Source: a virus (lineage: Duplodnaviria > Caudoviricetes). From it: 46,612 nt of DNA. This document shows positions 1 to 9,584 of the stretch, one piece after another (position 1 is the first letter of the stretch; every line of letters begins with the position of its first letter). The DNA lies in IMG/VR virus record IMGVR_UViG_3300044711_000027, positions 1 through 46,612 of that record, one strand, 5' to 3'. Below the pieces are notes generated by a model. The model worked only from the letters and a program-made list of their open reading frames with translations, did not search any database and had not been told where the DNA came from. Both the position numbers and the translations under genes were made by a program.

Positions 1-1537
1 CAGCCCCGCGCCGCTGCGGCGGCACCTCCGGCGGCGCCGCTGCTGCCGCGCCGCGAGCGTTCAGGATCTCCTCGCGAGTATAGGGCAGCGGGTCCACCGG
101 CGGGATCATGAACGACTCTGGTTTTACGCCAGCATCGGGCGCCACTTGCTCCCGGTAGAATTTGTTGGCGATGTCGAGCGAGCCCCTGGTTTCTTCGAGC
201 CGGTTCTTCAGCGTCTCGATGATCGCCAGCCGCACCTCCGGCGTCATCGAGCCACCGCCCGTTGTCAGTTTCTGGTAGAGCCCGCCGACAGTATCCAGGA
301 TTGTGCCGCTCTGAGAGACCAGCTTGACCTCGCTGTCGCGCACCACCGAGCCAGGGTCCATCAGCTTGGCGAAGGCGTAGACGATGTTGACGTCGCCCTG
401 GTTGCTCGGCGCCTGCCCAGACTTGACCGCCGAATTGTACAGCGGTGCGGTGATCGCCCAGTCGGAGACAGCCTGTTGGGCCTGGTACTCCTTACGCAGC
501 TCGGCCGGGTTGGCGGGACCGCGACTGATCTCCTGCTCCTCATTCGGATTGACGAACGCAGGCGGCGTGCCAGGCGCTGGCGGCGGCTGGGTGTGCCGGC
601 CATTAGCGACATCATCGGCCAGGGCATAGAGCTGATGCAGTGCCGGCGGGACCGGCTCGGCACGCACACTCCTGGTCACCGCGCGACCACCCTCGGTCGA
701 CGTCACGCGGCTCCTCGGAAACGCCACGTCAAACAGCCGCGACGCTTCCATCGCCTCGACGGGGGTTCTCAATCCACCATTGGCGATGCGCGCGTTCTCG
801 ATGTCGTAGAGAGCTTTGCGCGCTGCCGCCGCATCCTTGTAGGTGTTGACCGGCTGCGCATCCGCCGGCCCGGTCGCCAGGGGGTTGTCGCCTGGCCGCA
901 GCAGCGAGGCGATCGGCCTGCCGTCGAGCGTGCTGACGCCATCGCGCGTCGAATAGCTGCGCCCGGTCGGGTTGCCGCTTCTGTCGTAGACCGTGAAGTT
1001 ATGCGCCTGGCCCAACTTGGCCTCTTCTGTCGTCGGCCATTTGCCGGTGGTGTTGAATTGCTGGACCGCACGATCGCGTGCGCTGGCCGGCATACCCGCC
1101 GCAGCGACATCACCGTAGGCACCCTGCGCCGCCCACTGCGAGGGATCCTTCACCAGCGTGGCCTTCTGGCCCGCGATCGCCCTGGCGCGCCTGGCCTCGG
1201 CCGTGGCGAGCGCGCGGGGGTCGGTGAATTGCATGTCGGTGTTGTCGGTGCCCGTCCTGGACAACGGAGCATCCAGCATAGCGGGGTCGGAGATGTCGGC
1301 TGCCGTATAGGTTCGCGGCGGCACATAGGCCGGCAAGGTCGCGCTGTCGACCGTGCCGATCAGCTTCTGGCTCAGATCCCACTGCTCTTGCTCGCGCGCC
1401 CGCTTGATGCGCGCGTCCTTGATCGCCTCGGCCTGGGCGATGTTGCTCAACGCCTTGCCAGGCGCGCCCTGAAAATCATTGGCGATGCCGCCGAAGATGT
1501 TGCCCCAGCTCGGATCCTCGACCCACTGCGAACCCAT
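1..1537 (-). CDS. Internal virion/ejection protein, 3' end truncated by the window edge (not in the ORF track)
   Basis: Read manually: ATG at 1537 after GGAG, MGSQWVEDPSWGNIFGG..., frame open to base 1; contains GDVNIVYAFAKLMDPGSVVRDSEV, a motif seen in podophage DNA-transfer proteins. Confidence 0.8.
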   Translation of the reverse strand, partial: MGSQWVEDPSWGNIFGGIANDFQGAPGKALSNIAQAEAIKDARIKRAREQEQWDLSQKLIGTVDSATLPAYVPPRTYTAADISDPAMLDAPLSRTGTDNTDMQFTDPRALATAEARRARAIAGQKATLVKDPSQWAAQGAYGDVAAAGMPASARDRAVQQFNTTGKWPTTEEAKLGQAHNFTVYDRSGNPTGRSYSTRDGVSTLDGRPIASLLRPGDNPLATGPADAQPVNTYKDAAAARKALYDIENARIANGGLRTPVEAMEASRLFDVAFPRSRVTSTEGGRAVTRSVRAEPVPPALHQLYALADDVANGRHTQPPPAPGTPPAFVNPNEEQEISRGPANPAELRKEYQAQQAVSDWAITAPLYNSAVKSGQAPSNQGDVNIVYAFAKLMDPGSVVRDSEVKLVSQSGTILDTVGGLYQKLTTGGGSMTPEVRLAIIETLKNRLEETRGSLDIANKFYREQVAPDAGVKPESFMIPPVDPLPYTREEILNARGAAAAAPPEVPPQRRGA

Positions 1538-1546
1538 CGTTCACTC

Positions 1547-2248
1547 CTATGCGCTGCCGGAAATGCCGGCTGCCATTACGCTACCGAGACCACCGCCAGC
1601 AATCTTGGCGCCGGCACCGGCGATGCCACCGAGCGCCGAGCCACCACCGTGCTGCACGATCTTGATCGGCTCGACGGCCTTCGCAACATTGTAGGCAGCG
1701 AGCTGCCCCTGGCGCTCGTCGCTCGCCAGGCGGATGTCCTGGCCGGCGGCGTTGAAAATGGTGTTGGCGCGATTGGTCAGGCCATACTGACTGCCGCCAT
1801 AGGACTGCACCGCCGCGAGCGCGTTGATGCGCTGGCGCGCCTCCTGGGCAGCTGCAGCGATCTGCTTCTGGATGTCAGCCTTGACCGGCCCCGCAGTGTC
1901 CTGCTGACCGGACAGCATCTTGCTGGCGATCACGTTCGGGTCGTTGTCGGCCATCTTCGCCAGGTCTTCCGGCGTCAACGTCTGCTCCAGCCGCCCCTGT
2001 TCTTTTTCCTGGGCCGCAGTCTGCTTCTCGGGTGTCAGCTCGCTGGTCGCTGCAGTGCGCGCTGCCTCGGCGTTGCGGCGCAGCTCCTCGTCGCGTGCCG
2101 AATACTCCTGGCTTTGCCGGCGCTGGTACGCCACCCAGGCATCGTTGGCGGCGTTCTGTTGGTTCGCCATATCCTCTTGCGCCTGCATGTTCGCGACAGC
2201 GGAGCCGATCGAGAACACCAGGCCAATCATGGAAATCGGGTCGCACAT
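1547..2248 (-). CDS. Internal virion protein, T7 gp14-like ejection protein
   Basis: MCDP start followed by a hydrophobic helix, A/Q-rich coiled coil and Gly-rich C-terminus; lies downstream of the nozzle and gp13-like genes. Confidence 0.7.
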   Translation of the reverse strand: MCDPISMIGLVFSIGSAVANMQAQEDMANQQNAANDAWVAYQRRQSQEYSARDEELRRNAEAARTAATSELTPEKQTAAQEKEQGRLEQTLTPEDLAKMADNDPNVIASKMLSGQQDTAGPVKADIQKQIAAAAQEARQRINALAAVQSYGGSQYGLTNRANTIFNAAGQDIRLASDERQGQLAAYNVAKAVEPIKIVQHGGGSALGGIAGAGAKIAGGGLGSVMAAGISGSA

Positions 2249-2252
2249 TTTG

Positions 2253-2894
2253 TCAGCTCGGTGAGTTGGTCATTGATCCAGAACCAAACGGTGATCTGCC
2301 CAGGTAGGTCTGCGCCTGGTTCGCTCCGTAGACCGGCGCCAGCGCCGATCCGAGACCGATCGCGATCGGCTTGAACGCATCAGCCAGCGGCGTCAGGTTC
2401 GGCTGCGTGAGCTGCGCGTTGCCGACCGATGTCGCTGCGGTGTTGGCGGCGACGGTCGGATCCTCGGTGGCGTACAGCTGATTGTAGGCCTGCTGCTGTT
2501 GGCTGGCGATCGATTGGCGCAGCGCCGCAGTGTCGGTGTCGGCCTTGGCGCGGATGCCGGCCTCGTTGACGGCGTTCTGCTTCTCCAACAGCCCCTGCGC
2601 ATAGCCGGCTGCGGTCGAGCGCAGCGTGCCGGCACGCGCCAGGTCATAGGTCATGCCGGACTTCGCGGTCTCGTATTGCTGCTGCAGCTGCGGCATCGAG
2701 TAGTCCAGCTCGGCCTTGGTGTATTTGTCATAGAACGGGTCGCCGAAATTGGACGCGCCAAACAGCGTATCGATCGCGCCCTTGCCCTGGTCGAGCCGAG
2801 CCAGGCGCTTGTTCTCCTTGTCCTTGGCCTCTTGCGCCTGCTGCATTTCGAACTGAACCATCTGGTTGTTCGAAGGCCCGGATTTGCCGCCCAT
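2253..2894 (-). CDS. Putative virion/ejection protein with MGGKSG N-terminus
   Basis: 213 aa, Q/A-rich and helical, GGAG SD, located in the ejection module. Confidence 0.7.
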   Translation of the reverse strand: MGGKSGPSNNQMVQFEMQQAQEAKDKENKRLARLDQGKGAIDTLFGASNFGDPFYDKYTKAELDYSMPQLQQQYETAKSGMTYDLARAGTLRSTAAGYAQGLLEKQNAVNEAGIRAKADTDTAALRQSIASQQQQAYNQLYATEDPTVAANTAATSVGNAQLTQPNLTPLADAFKPIAIGLGSALAPVYGANQAQTYLGRSPFGSGSMTNSPS

Positions 2895-2903
2895 GACGAT
2901 CTC

Positions 2904-3230
2904 CTAAGTTTGCGTCGTCACCACCCGGCTCTTGTTCAGCGCGGATGGTTTCAAGGCCTGCTTCGACCAGTATTCCGGTGGCTTCAAAATCGCGTCGGCG
3001 ATCTCGGTGCCGGTGTCAGTGCCGCCGCCACCTGGATCAGGCGTTGCCGGCGTATCAGGTGCCGTGGCCTCGCCGGCCGCTTTGCGCACGTTGATCGATT
3101 GCTGATATTGCGACAGGTCGAGCGGCGCCTCCCTGGCAAGCGTCAGCTTGGCCTCCTCCGGCGTGCCGTAGCCCGACGTGTCTTCCGGCTGTGCGTAATA
3201 GTTGCCGCCGCCACCACCCTTGCCACCCAT
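2904..3230 (-). CDS. Small putative virion protein with MGGKGGGGG N-terminus
   Basis: 108 aa, tightly packed in the operon; shares TPATPDP and KPPxYW motifs with the upstream gene. Confidence 0.7.
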   Translation of the reverse strand: MGGKGGGGGNYYAQPEDTSGYGTPEEAKLTLAREAPLDLSQYQQSINVRKAAGEATAPDTPATPDPGGGGTDTGTEIADAILKPPEYWSKQALKPSALNKSRVVTTQT

Positions 3231-3231
3231 G

Positions 3232-3672
3232 TCACACCTGCTGCGTTACCTTCATGCGATTGACCGGCGACGTCGGCCGGTTGATGCCGCCGACCCAGTA
3301 GGTTGGCGGCTTGACCACCGCGCCGCCGAGCAGATCGCCGCTGTTGGTGATGCTGCCGGCGCCCATCGGGTTGTTGGCCTTGAGCGGCTGTGAGATCGGC
3401 GTGCCGGCATCGGTCGCTGGCCCGAGCGGATCCGGCGTTGCCGGCGTTTCCGGTTCTGGCGTGGTCGGCACCGGGTCGATCACCATCGATCCGCCAGGAT
3501 CCATCACCGACGCCGTCTCTTGAACTGGTGCCGGAGCTGCTGCCGGTTCTGGATGCTCCGCTCGCCACTGCTCGCCATTGTACCAGGTGCCGGTTTTGGG
3601 ATCCTGCACATAGCCACCAGCTCTGAGCTGACCCTGGGGGTCGCCGCCGCCGCCGCCATCTTTTCCGCCCAT
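3232..3672 (-). CDS. Small Pro-rich putative virion protein with MGGKDGGGGG N-terminus
   Basis: Start reassigned to ATG 3672, which overlaps the GNAT stop (TGATG); paralog of 2904..3230. Confidence 0.7.
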   Translation of the reverse strand: MGGKDGGGGGDPQGQLRAGGYVQDPKTGTWYNGEQWRAEHPEPAAAPAPVQETASVMDPGGSMVIDPVPTTPEPETPATPDPLGPATDAGTPISQPLKANNPMGAGSITNSGDLLGGAVVKPPTYWVGGINRPTSPVNRMKVTQQV

Positions 3673-4175
3673 CACAGCACCTTTCGAAAAATCATGCCGA
3701 TCGGCTCGGCGCCAAAGTGTCGTCCCACCATGTTCATCAGGCCGTTCTGCGCCTGCATCCCTGACGCGATCGGGAAATTCATGACCTTGCAGTGATCGGC
3801 ACGCGCCAGCTCGATCGCCAGAGCGATCAGGCGGCGGCCGAGATCGGTGCGCCGCAGCCTCGGCAGCACATAGGTCTCGTCCATCACGGCGATCGGGTCG
3901 GTGTAGGTCGAGAACGTGTGATAGCTGCACATCCCGACCAGCTCCTCGCCGTCGAACGCCAGCGCATGCGGCGCATAGCCGGAGCCGATCGCCATCGTCA
4001 GCCACTTCATCGCGCCGTCACGCTTGAACGAGACCACCTGCGCCCACGGCGTGGCATGGAAAAACATCTCGACAAAGTCGACCACCTTGGGCGCGTCCTC
4101 GGTTCTGCCAAGCCTCACCTCAATGTGTGGCGTGGCGGTCTTCCTGGCGCTGTTGATGCGTGCAGCAATGTTCAT
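3672..4175 (-). CDS. GNAT-family N-acyltransferase
   Basis: Acyl-CoA-binding motif A-like YVLPRLRRTDLGRRLI; N-terminal VRLGRTEDAPKV. Confidence 0.8.
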   Translation of the reverse strand: MNIAARINSARKTATPHIEVRLGRTEDAPKVVDFVEMFFHATPWAQVVSFKRDGAMKWLTMAIGSGYAPHALAFDGEELVGMCSYHTFSTYTDPIAVMDETYVLPRLRRTDLGRRLIALAIELARADHCKVMNFPIASGMQAQNGLMNMVGRHFGAEPIGMIFRKVL

Positions 4176-4632
4176 CCAACCACCTGTAACAAACGAAATC
4201 CTCGCCTGCGGTGCCGTAGCCCCGCAGCAATGCCTCGCGCTCGGCGCCGATCAGCATCATCAGCCTGGCGACGTCGTCGCGATATGCCAGCGCCGCCGCC
4301 TCGACGCGGTGGAAGCCGGCCTGCACCAGGAACGGCACCACGAAATTGCGGATCTGGCGCACCATCGGCCGCAGAGCCTGGCACCAGGCATCGGTGCCAA
4401 ACGCGAAGCCGGCGCCGACACCCGGTCGACGCTGCACCATGCCCCAGATCGCGATCGGCCCGGTGTCGTAGTCGAAAGCGCAGAACGCAAACACCTTGTT
4501 GCGCATGATGTGGTCCGGCAGCCGGTCCAGGTTGGTGTCGCACGCCAGCATCTCGACGCGATCGACCTCGCGCATGTTCTCGATCACTGACCGGATCATG
4601 CCGCGATCTGCACTGGTGATATCGATCGCCAT
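4120..4632 (-). CDS. T7 gp13-like internal virion protein A (GNAT-like fold)
   Basis: NMREVDRVE...PIAIWG...FAFGTD...GxxGEDF pattern; immediately follows the nozzle gene. Confidence 0.65.
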   Translation of the reverse strand: MAIDITSADRGMIRSVIENMREVDRVEMLACDTNLDRLPDHIMRNKVFAFCAFDYDTGPIAIWGMVQRRPGVGAGFAFGTDAWCQALRPMVRQIRNFVVPFLVQAGFHRVEAAALAYRDDVARLMMLIGAEREALLRGYGTAGEDFVCYRWLDEHCCTHQQRQEDRHATH

Positions 4633-6024
4633 CTATCCGCTCTCCGAGCCCTGGTAGTGAACCACCATGTTCGACAGCGTCTGCGGTCCTGGCGTCTGCG
4701 AGCGCAGCCGCAGCGACATATGCGTCGAGTGACCCAGGATCGGGAAACGCCCCTGCAAGAACGTCGAGCCATCGAACGTGCCGACAAAATCCTCGATGGT
4801 CGGATCGGCGACGTTGTAGGCCGTGTAGACTTCCCACGGCACGCCCTCGCAGGTGGCGTCGAGACCGGTAAAGGTCTTGAAGGTCGCGACCTGGTCGCCG
4901 GCATGAAAAGGGAAAATCAGCTCGACATAGCAGTCGTCGTAAACCGGCCCCTCGTCGGTGATGCCGCCGAAAGCATAGATCGTGTTCTCGTCATCGCGCA
5001 CCACGATGCGGTTGTTGTGGATCGCCGCCGCAGTGATGACGAAGCCGGGATCGTATTCCGACCAGGCGGTGATCTTGGGACCAGGGAACGCTGACAGGAT
5101 GTAGACGCGATCGGGCATGATGATCCAGAACCGGCCGGTGACCGGCTGCAGGATGGCGATCGTGCCGCTCATCCAATCCTCGCCCATGTAGCGAAACAGA
5201 TCCTGGATCACCGGGTCGAGCGGCGAGCCGATGTCTGACACCGCCGCAGCCAGGCTCGAGTTGCGAGCGCGCAGCGATCGGATGCCGCTCGCCGAAACAT
5301 ACATCACGTCGCCGGATCCATATTGCAGCACGCTGCGCCACGCCATCGTGCCGGCCTGGCGCAGGGTCTGCACATACTGGTTCTTCAGCGGGTCGGGATC
5401 CATCGTCCACAGCTGCGTGGCCGTCTTCGACATGATCGCCAGCTTGTCGTAATAAACCTCCAGCGCGATGCAGTCGGTCATGTCGGAGTCGCCGAGCGAG
5501 ACGTCGATCGAGCCCGAGCCGGTGCCGGTCCAATCGCCGGCATTGCCGACCGCCGAGAAGTACAGCACCGAGCCGGCGACCGTGTACATTTTGGTCTTGT
5601 AGGTCCGGCAATAGAAACCGTTGGCGGCAGGCACCTCGACGCCGTCGTAAAACCGTTTGACGTTGCCGACGTCGTCGGTCCACAGCACCACGAACACCTT
5701 GTTGTCGAACAGGTCGTAGTCGACGATCTCGTAGAGCGTTGTGGTTGCCTGACCGAGCACACCGACCGACCAGGTGCCGCTCGGCGGTTCGGTCTTGTAG
5801 GGACCGTTGGGGCCAAACGTGTAAAGCTTCTGATTGACCTCGACCAAACCCTTGCTGTTGGCATCGACCGTCCAGAACGGTACGAACGCCATCCGCTTCT
5901 CGATCTCACCGCCCGGTGTGATGTGGCAATTGATCATCGAGCGCAGCGTGCCGGCCGGCGCTGTCATCTCGGAGCGGCGCAGATCGAGGCCTGCTGCAAA
6001 GTCGGTGATGGTGAAGTACGGCAT
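4633..6024 (-). CDS. Tail nozzle / tail tubular protein B (P22 gp10-like)
   Basis: 463 aa, beta-rich; begins DFAAGLD...NCHITPGGEIEKR; follows the adaptor gene. Confidence 0.75.
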   Translation of the reverse strand: MPYFTITDFAAGLDLRRSEMTAPAGTLRSMINCHITPGGEIEKRMAFVPFWTVDANSKGLVEVNQKLYTFGPNGPYKTEPPSGTWSVGVLGQATTTLYEIVDYDLFDNKVFVVLWTDDVGNVKRFYDGVEVPAANGFYCRTYKTKMYTVAGSVLYFSAVGNAGDWTGTGSGSIDVSLGDSDMTDCIALEVYYDKLAIMSKTATQLWTMDPDPLKNQYVQTLRQAGTMAWRSVLQYGSGDVMYVSASGIRSLRARNSSLAAAVSDIGSPLDPVIQDLFRYMGEDWMSGTIAILQPVTGRFWIIMPDRVYILSAFPGPKITAWSEYDPGFVITAAAIHNNRIVVRDDENTIYAFGGITDEGPVYDDCYVELIFPFHAGDQVATFKTFTGLDATCEGVPWEVYTAYNVADPTIEDFVGTFDGSTFLQGRFPILGHSTHMSLRLRSQTPGPQTLSNMVVHYQGSESG

Positions 6025-6033
6025 GCACGCACC

Positions 6034-6777
6034 TCACCCTGGAATGTAGTCGATGCCGGCCACCGCTCGACGCCCCTTGTCGGGGTCGTTGCCGCCACGA
6101 TAGACGCCGCCCATGTTGTAGTTGCCGCGCTTGTCGGCGCCCTGATCGGCCAGGAGCCGGCGCAGATAGTTCTGCGCCTTGGTCAGCTTGAGCGGCGCCG
6201 CCTCGCTCTTCTGCACGGCGAGCAGCTCGGCCGCAGCGAACAGCACGATCGCCTTGCTGTCGATGATGCAGAAGTCGGCGTCGGCGATCAGCGGGTTGAG
6301 CGGCGCCTGACCCTCGATGCGCAGCAGCATGCCGGCGCTCGCCGGCACCGGCACCAGGCCATACTGCCCGACCGGGTCGGTGACCGGCGTCGGCCCACTG
6401 GTGTTGATCGTCAGCACGTTGCGCCAGTGCGTCGGCGTGCCTGCGCTCGGACCACCTGGACCGATCTGCCATGGCTTGATGCCGTAGCGCAGCGGTCGCC
6501 ATGCCGCTGACGGGCTCGATGCGACATAGAACCTGATCACCTGATCGAACGCGATCTCTGCGGGATAGCTGTAGGTCGACTGCCCCTGGGCGAGCGCGAC
6601 ATCCTTCCAGATCTTCAGGTGCTGCCAATTGTAGGCATCCCACAGCTCGCGCTGCTGCCTCGCGAGCACGATGTCGAGCGCACCCTGCGCCTGGGTGCCT
6701 TGCGCCGGGTTGAGGCTGGTGCCGGTCTCGGCACGCAGCTCACGGCGCAGCTCGACCAGGGTTACACCGAGCGGCAT
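6034..6777 (-). CDS. Head-tail adaptor / tail tubular protein A
   Basis: 247 aa; TLVELRREL start, WxxxxWxxL and GQSTYSYP motifs; between capsid and nozzle. Confidence 0.7.
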   Translation of the reverse strand: MPLGVTLVELRRELRAETGTSLNPAQGTQAQGALDIVLARQQRELWDAYNWQHLKIWKDVALAQGQSTYSYPAEIAFDQVIRFYVASSPSAAWRPLRYGIKPWQIGPGGPSAGTPTHWRNVLTINTSGPTPVTDPVGQYGLVPVPASAGMLLRIEGQAPLNPLIADADFCIIDSKAIVLFAAAELLAVQKSEAAPLKLTKAQNYLRRLLADQGADKRGNYNMGGVYRGGNDPDKGRRAVAGIDYIPG

Positions 6778-7235
6778 CAGGCCTCCTGGGGCGGTTCAGC
6801 TGGCGACGTTTGCGGCCGCAAATTGCGACCAGGCTTGAACACCGGCGCCGCCGCCTTGATGGTCTCGTCCTCACCATCGTCCTCGTCATCGCCACCGTTC
6901 GGATGCACCTTGGTCGACGGCGCCTGGCCCTCGACGTAGGGCGGCAGCTGCTCGTCGCCGGTCATCATCAGATCCATGCGGAAGGCGCGGCCCGGAAAGC
7001 AGCTCTCGACGACACGGTAGCCATAGATCTGCACCAGGCGCTCCTTCTCGGAGCTGGGCCAGGCTTCGCCGATCGACACCGGCTGGATATCCATGACGTT
7101 CTCTTCGCCATGCAGCTGCATCAGCACCTGCACCTCGGGCCACGTCACCGGGTTGAATTCGTCATAGACCACGGTGTGATAATTCTGGCCCGACAGATTG
7201 ATCCGGCACTTGCAGTAATGGATCTTCTTGATCAT
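6777..7235 (-). CDS. Hypothetical protein downstream of the capsid gene
   Basis: 152 aa; its stop overlaps the adaptor start. Confidence 0.65.
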   Translation of the reverse strand: MIKKIHYCKCRINLSGQNYHTVVYDEFNPVTWPEVQVLMQLHGEENVMDIQPVSIGEAWPSSEKERLVQIYGYRVVESCFPGRAFRMDLMMTGDEQLPPYVEGQAPSTKVHPNGGDDEDDGEDETIKAAAPVFKPGRNLRPQTSPAEPPQEA

Positions 7236-7248
7236 CGCCGTCCCTTTG

Positions 7249-7277
7249 AAAAAAACCGGGGCGCGGGGGCGCCCCGG
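7249..7277 (-). terminator. Rho-independent terminator after the capsid gene
   Basis: Minus strand CCGGGGCGC-loop-GCGCCCCGG followed by T7. Confidence 0.85.
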
Positions 7278-7283
7278 ATCCGA

Positions 7284-8405
7284 TCAGGCAATGTCCATGA
7301 CGACGGCAGAATTCAGCCGACGCGCACACAATTGCCCAGTCGAGGTGAGGCCGCGATAAAGCACATACTTGTCCGGCGGCCGGTCGGGGGAGTGCTGGTG
7401 GCGCCACTCGTCCTGCATCGCGACCAGGAAGATGTCGCGGCTGTCGTACCAGTAGCAACGCTTGGACTTGCCGAGCCCATCGAGCGTCGGGTCGTATTCG
7501 AAGTCGGTCCCCATGTAGGAGATCTGACCGACCGAGATGTCTTTCCCGCCGGAGAAACCCTGCATCGAGTAGTTGCCGTTGGCGCGCAGCTCGGTCTCCA
7601 GGGCAGCGAGCCAATCGCTGCCGCAGAACGCAGTGTTCGGCTTGCCGCCGTACCTGGTGAGCTGGCGATACTCCTTCTGCAGCAGCGTGATCAGCGCGCC
7701 GCCGTTGGTGGTAGCAGAGGTGATCGGACCACCGCCCCAGGCAGCCAGTGCCGGCGTGGTGCCGACAGCGGTGCCCATCGCAGCGGTGTAGGCCCGGTTG
7801 CGCCACCACACCTTCGACACCCGATCGATGCCGGCGACGGTGCCGGTCGACGGGTTGTCGGTGATCAGTGCCGCCATGCCGGCCAGCGCCTTGGGATCCG
7901 CAGCGCCGTTCGTCCACAGCAGGTTGTTCATCGAGCGTGCGTATTGCTCGGAGAGATCCTGCAGCGCGTCGTCGAGCAGACCGACCAGGACGGTGTCGTC
8001 GCGGCCGGAGTGTTCGGTGGTCCGGCTGTCGTCAGCACCGCTGTCGACAACGGTGATGCCATCGGACTTCAGCTCACTGTGAGTGAGCGTGATGCCGATG
8101 TGCATTTCCTTCCAGGGATAAGCTGCCTGCTTGAGGTTCGCCGGGGTGTAGTAGGTGACGGCGTCGTCGAGCTGGTAGCCGACCAGCTGATCGTTGGTGC
8201 CGGGTGCTGCGGTGTTGCCGAAGTCGCCCTTGACGCTGATCAGGATGTTCCCCTTGCCACCGGGGAACGTCTTCTTCTTGCTCTCCAGGCTGGCGAGCAA
8301 AGGTTTCTCCTGGATCGCTTCCTGAAACGCTGTGCCCTTGTTGAGCCACCAATCAAGCGCAGCGGTGGTGATGTGATCCAGCAACGGCTGGGTATAGGTT
8401 GGCAT
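7284..8405 (-). CDS. Major capsid protein
   Basis: 373 aa after the scaffold; KKKTFPGG, GTVAGIDRxxxxWWRN and STGQLC motifs; followed by a terminator. Confidence 0.88.
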   Translation of the reverse strand: MPTYTQPLLDHITTAALDWWLNKGTAFQEAIQEKPLLASLESKKKTFPGGKGNILISVKGDFGNTAAPGTNDQLVGYQLDDAVTYYTPANLKQAAYPWKEMHIGITLTHSELKSDGITVVDSGADDSRTTEHSGRDDTVLVGLLDDALQDLSEQYARSMNNLLWTNGAADPKALAGMAALITDNPSTGTVAGIDRVSKVWWRNRAYTAAMGTAVGTTPALAAWGGGPITSATTNGGALITLLQKEYRQLTRYGGKPNTAFCGSDWLAALETELRANGNYSMQGFSGGKDISVGQISYMGTDFEYDPTLDGLGKSKRCYWYDSRDIFLVAMQDEWRHQHSPDRPPDKYVLYRGLTSTGQLCARRLNSAVVMDIA

Positions 8406-8421
8406 CGATCGCCTCTATGGA

Positions 8422-9501
8422 TCAGAGGCGTGCGCTCTCCCGAGCTTGCTTGACCACGTCGAGCAAGTTTTTCGGCTCCGGCGTCACGCCTGCGGTTCGA
8501 CCAGTGCTGCTTGGGCTGCGCGATGTCGGGCGTCTCTGAGGCGCCCAGGAGCTGAAACGCTCGTTCACACGCCGCAGCGCCTCTTGGGCGATCTTGACGG
8601 CATGTTCAGGTGACTGCGGCACGCCTTGTTCGCGCACCACCGCCCACATCGTGTCCTGCACAGCGGGTTTTTTCGCCGCATAGTCGGGATCGGACTGCAT
8701 GATCCGGCTTTCCCAGGCGTTGACGGTGTCACGCACGGAGGATGCCAAATGCTCTCGCTGGGCCTGCTGCTGCTGGGTCTGCGACGTCTGCGCATACTGC
8801 TGGAACGCCTGTTGCTGGCGTGCGGCGTTGGTCTGAGCCATCGCCCGGTCCATGCGCTCTTTCGAGTACATGGCCGCAGCCTGGGACGTCATGTGCCCCT
8901 GCTGAACCTGCTGTTGCAGATCCTGCGGCAGCGAGTGGCCGAGATATTCTTCCGCCAGTTTCATGTAGGGTTTGACGCCCTCATAGAACGTGCGGAAATC
9001 ACCTCGGCGCATCGCCGACGCCAGCTCCAGCGTCATCAGGAAATCGTCGCGACTGATGTCGTTGTCGCGCAGATACTTGGTGACCTGGTCGGCAGCCTGT
9101 GCGCTCGGCTCGATCGCCTTCAGCCGCTGCACTTCGCCAGCAAGACGCTGGCGCTGCTTGTTCAGCTTGGTGATGCGACGCTTTGCGCCCTGCGAAAGTT
9201 TGGCCAGCTCCTCGGCGGTGACCTCGTCCGGTAGCTCGGGGTCATCGTCTCCTGCTGCCCTATCCTTGTCTGCGGCTTGAGCTGGCGATGCTCCAGATCC
9301 ACCACCGTCAGCATCCTCTTTCGCCTGGCGCAGCTCGGGCACTGCACGCTGAACGGCTTCGAGGAGGCTTTCCTTGGTTTCGCCCTGGGGGGACTGTTCT
9401 GCTGCGCCTGGCGAGGACGCGATATCGCCGGCACCTGGCGAGGGTGCATTATCGCCTGACGGTGACGTCGTCTCATTCGAAAGCACGGGCTCGTCAGCCA
9501 T
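8422..9501 (-). CDS. Capsid scaffolding protein
   Basis: Acidic disordered N-terminus and coiled coils; lies between portal and capsid. Confidence 0.75.
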   Translation of the reverse strand: MADEPVLSNETTSPSGDNAPSPGAGDIASSPGAAEQSPQGETKESLLEAVQRAVPELRQAKEDADGGGSGASPAQAADKDRAAGDDDPELPDEVTAEELAKLSQGAKRRITKLNKQRQRLAGEVQRLKAIEPSAQAADQVTKYLRDNDISRDDFLMTLELASAMRRGDFRTFYEGVKPYMKLAEEYLGHSLPQDLQQQVQQGHMTSQAAAMYSKERMDRAMAQTNAARQQQAFQQYAQTSQTQQQQAQREHLASSVRDTVNAWESRIMQSDPDYAAKKPAVQDTMWAVVREQGVPQSPEHAVKIAQEALRRVNERFSSWAPQRRPTSRSPSSTGRTAGVTPEPKNLLDVVKQARESARL

Positions 9502-9568
9502 AAGCCAACTCCCGAGCGCGTCACCGTCCTTCGCGTCGACCTCTACGCCGAAAATGTTCGTCGCGATA

Positions 9569-9584
9569 TTAAGTTTAAATTAGC
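9569..9584. promoter_or_regulatory. TTAA-N7-TTAGC box upstream of scaffold-capsid
   Basis: ttaa-gtttaaa-ttagc; 14 of 15 bases identical to 24188-24202. Confidence 0.5.

Noticed and set aside
146-2374. 742-aa plus-strand ORF
   Set aside because: Antisense shadow of real minus-strand virion genes in GC-rich DNA; Arg-rich with no motifs
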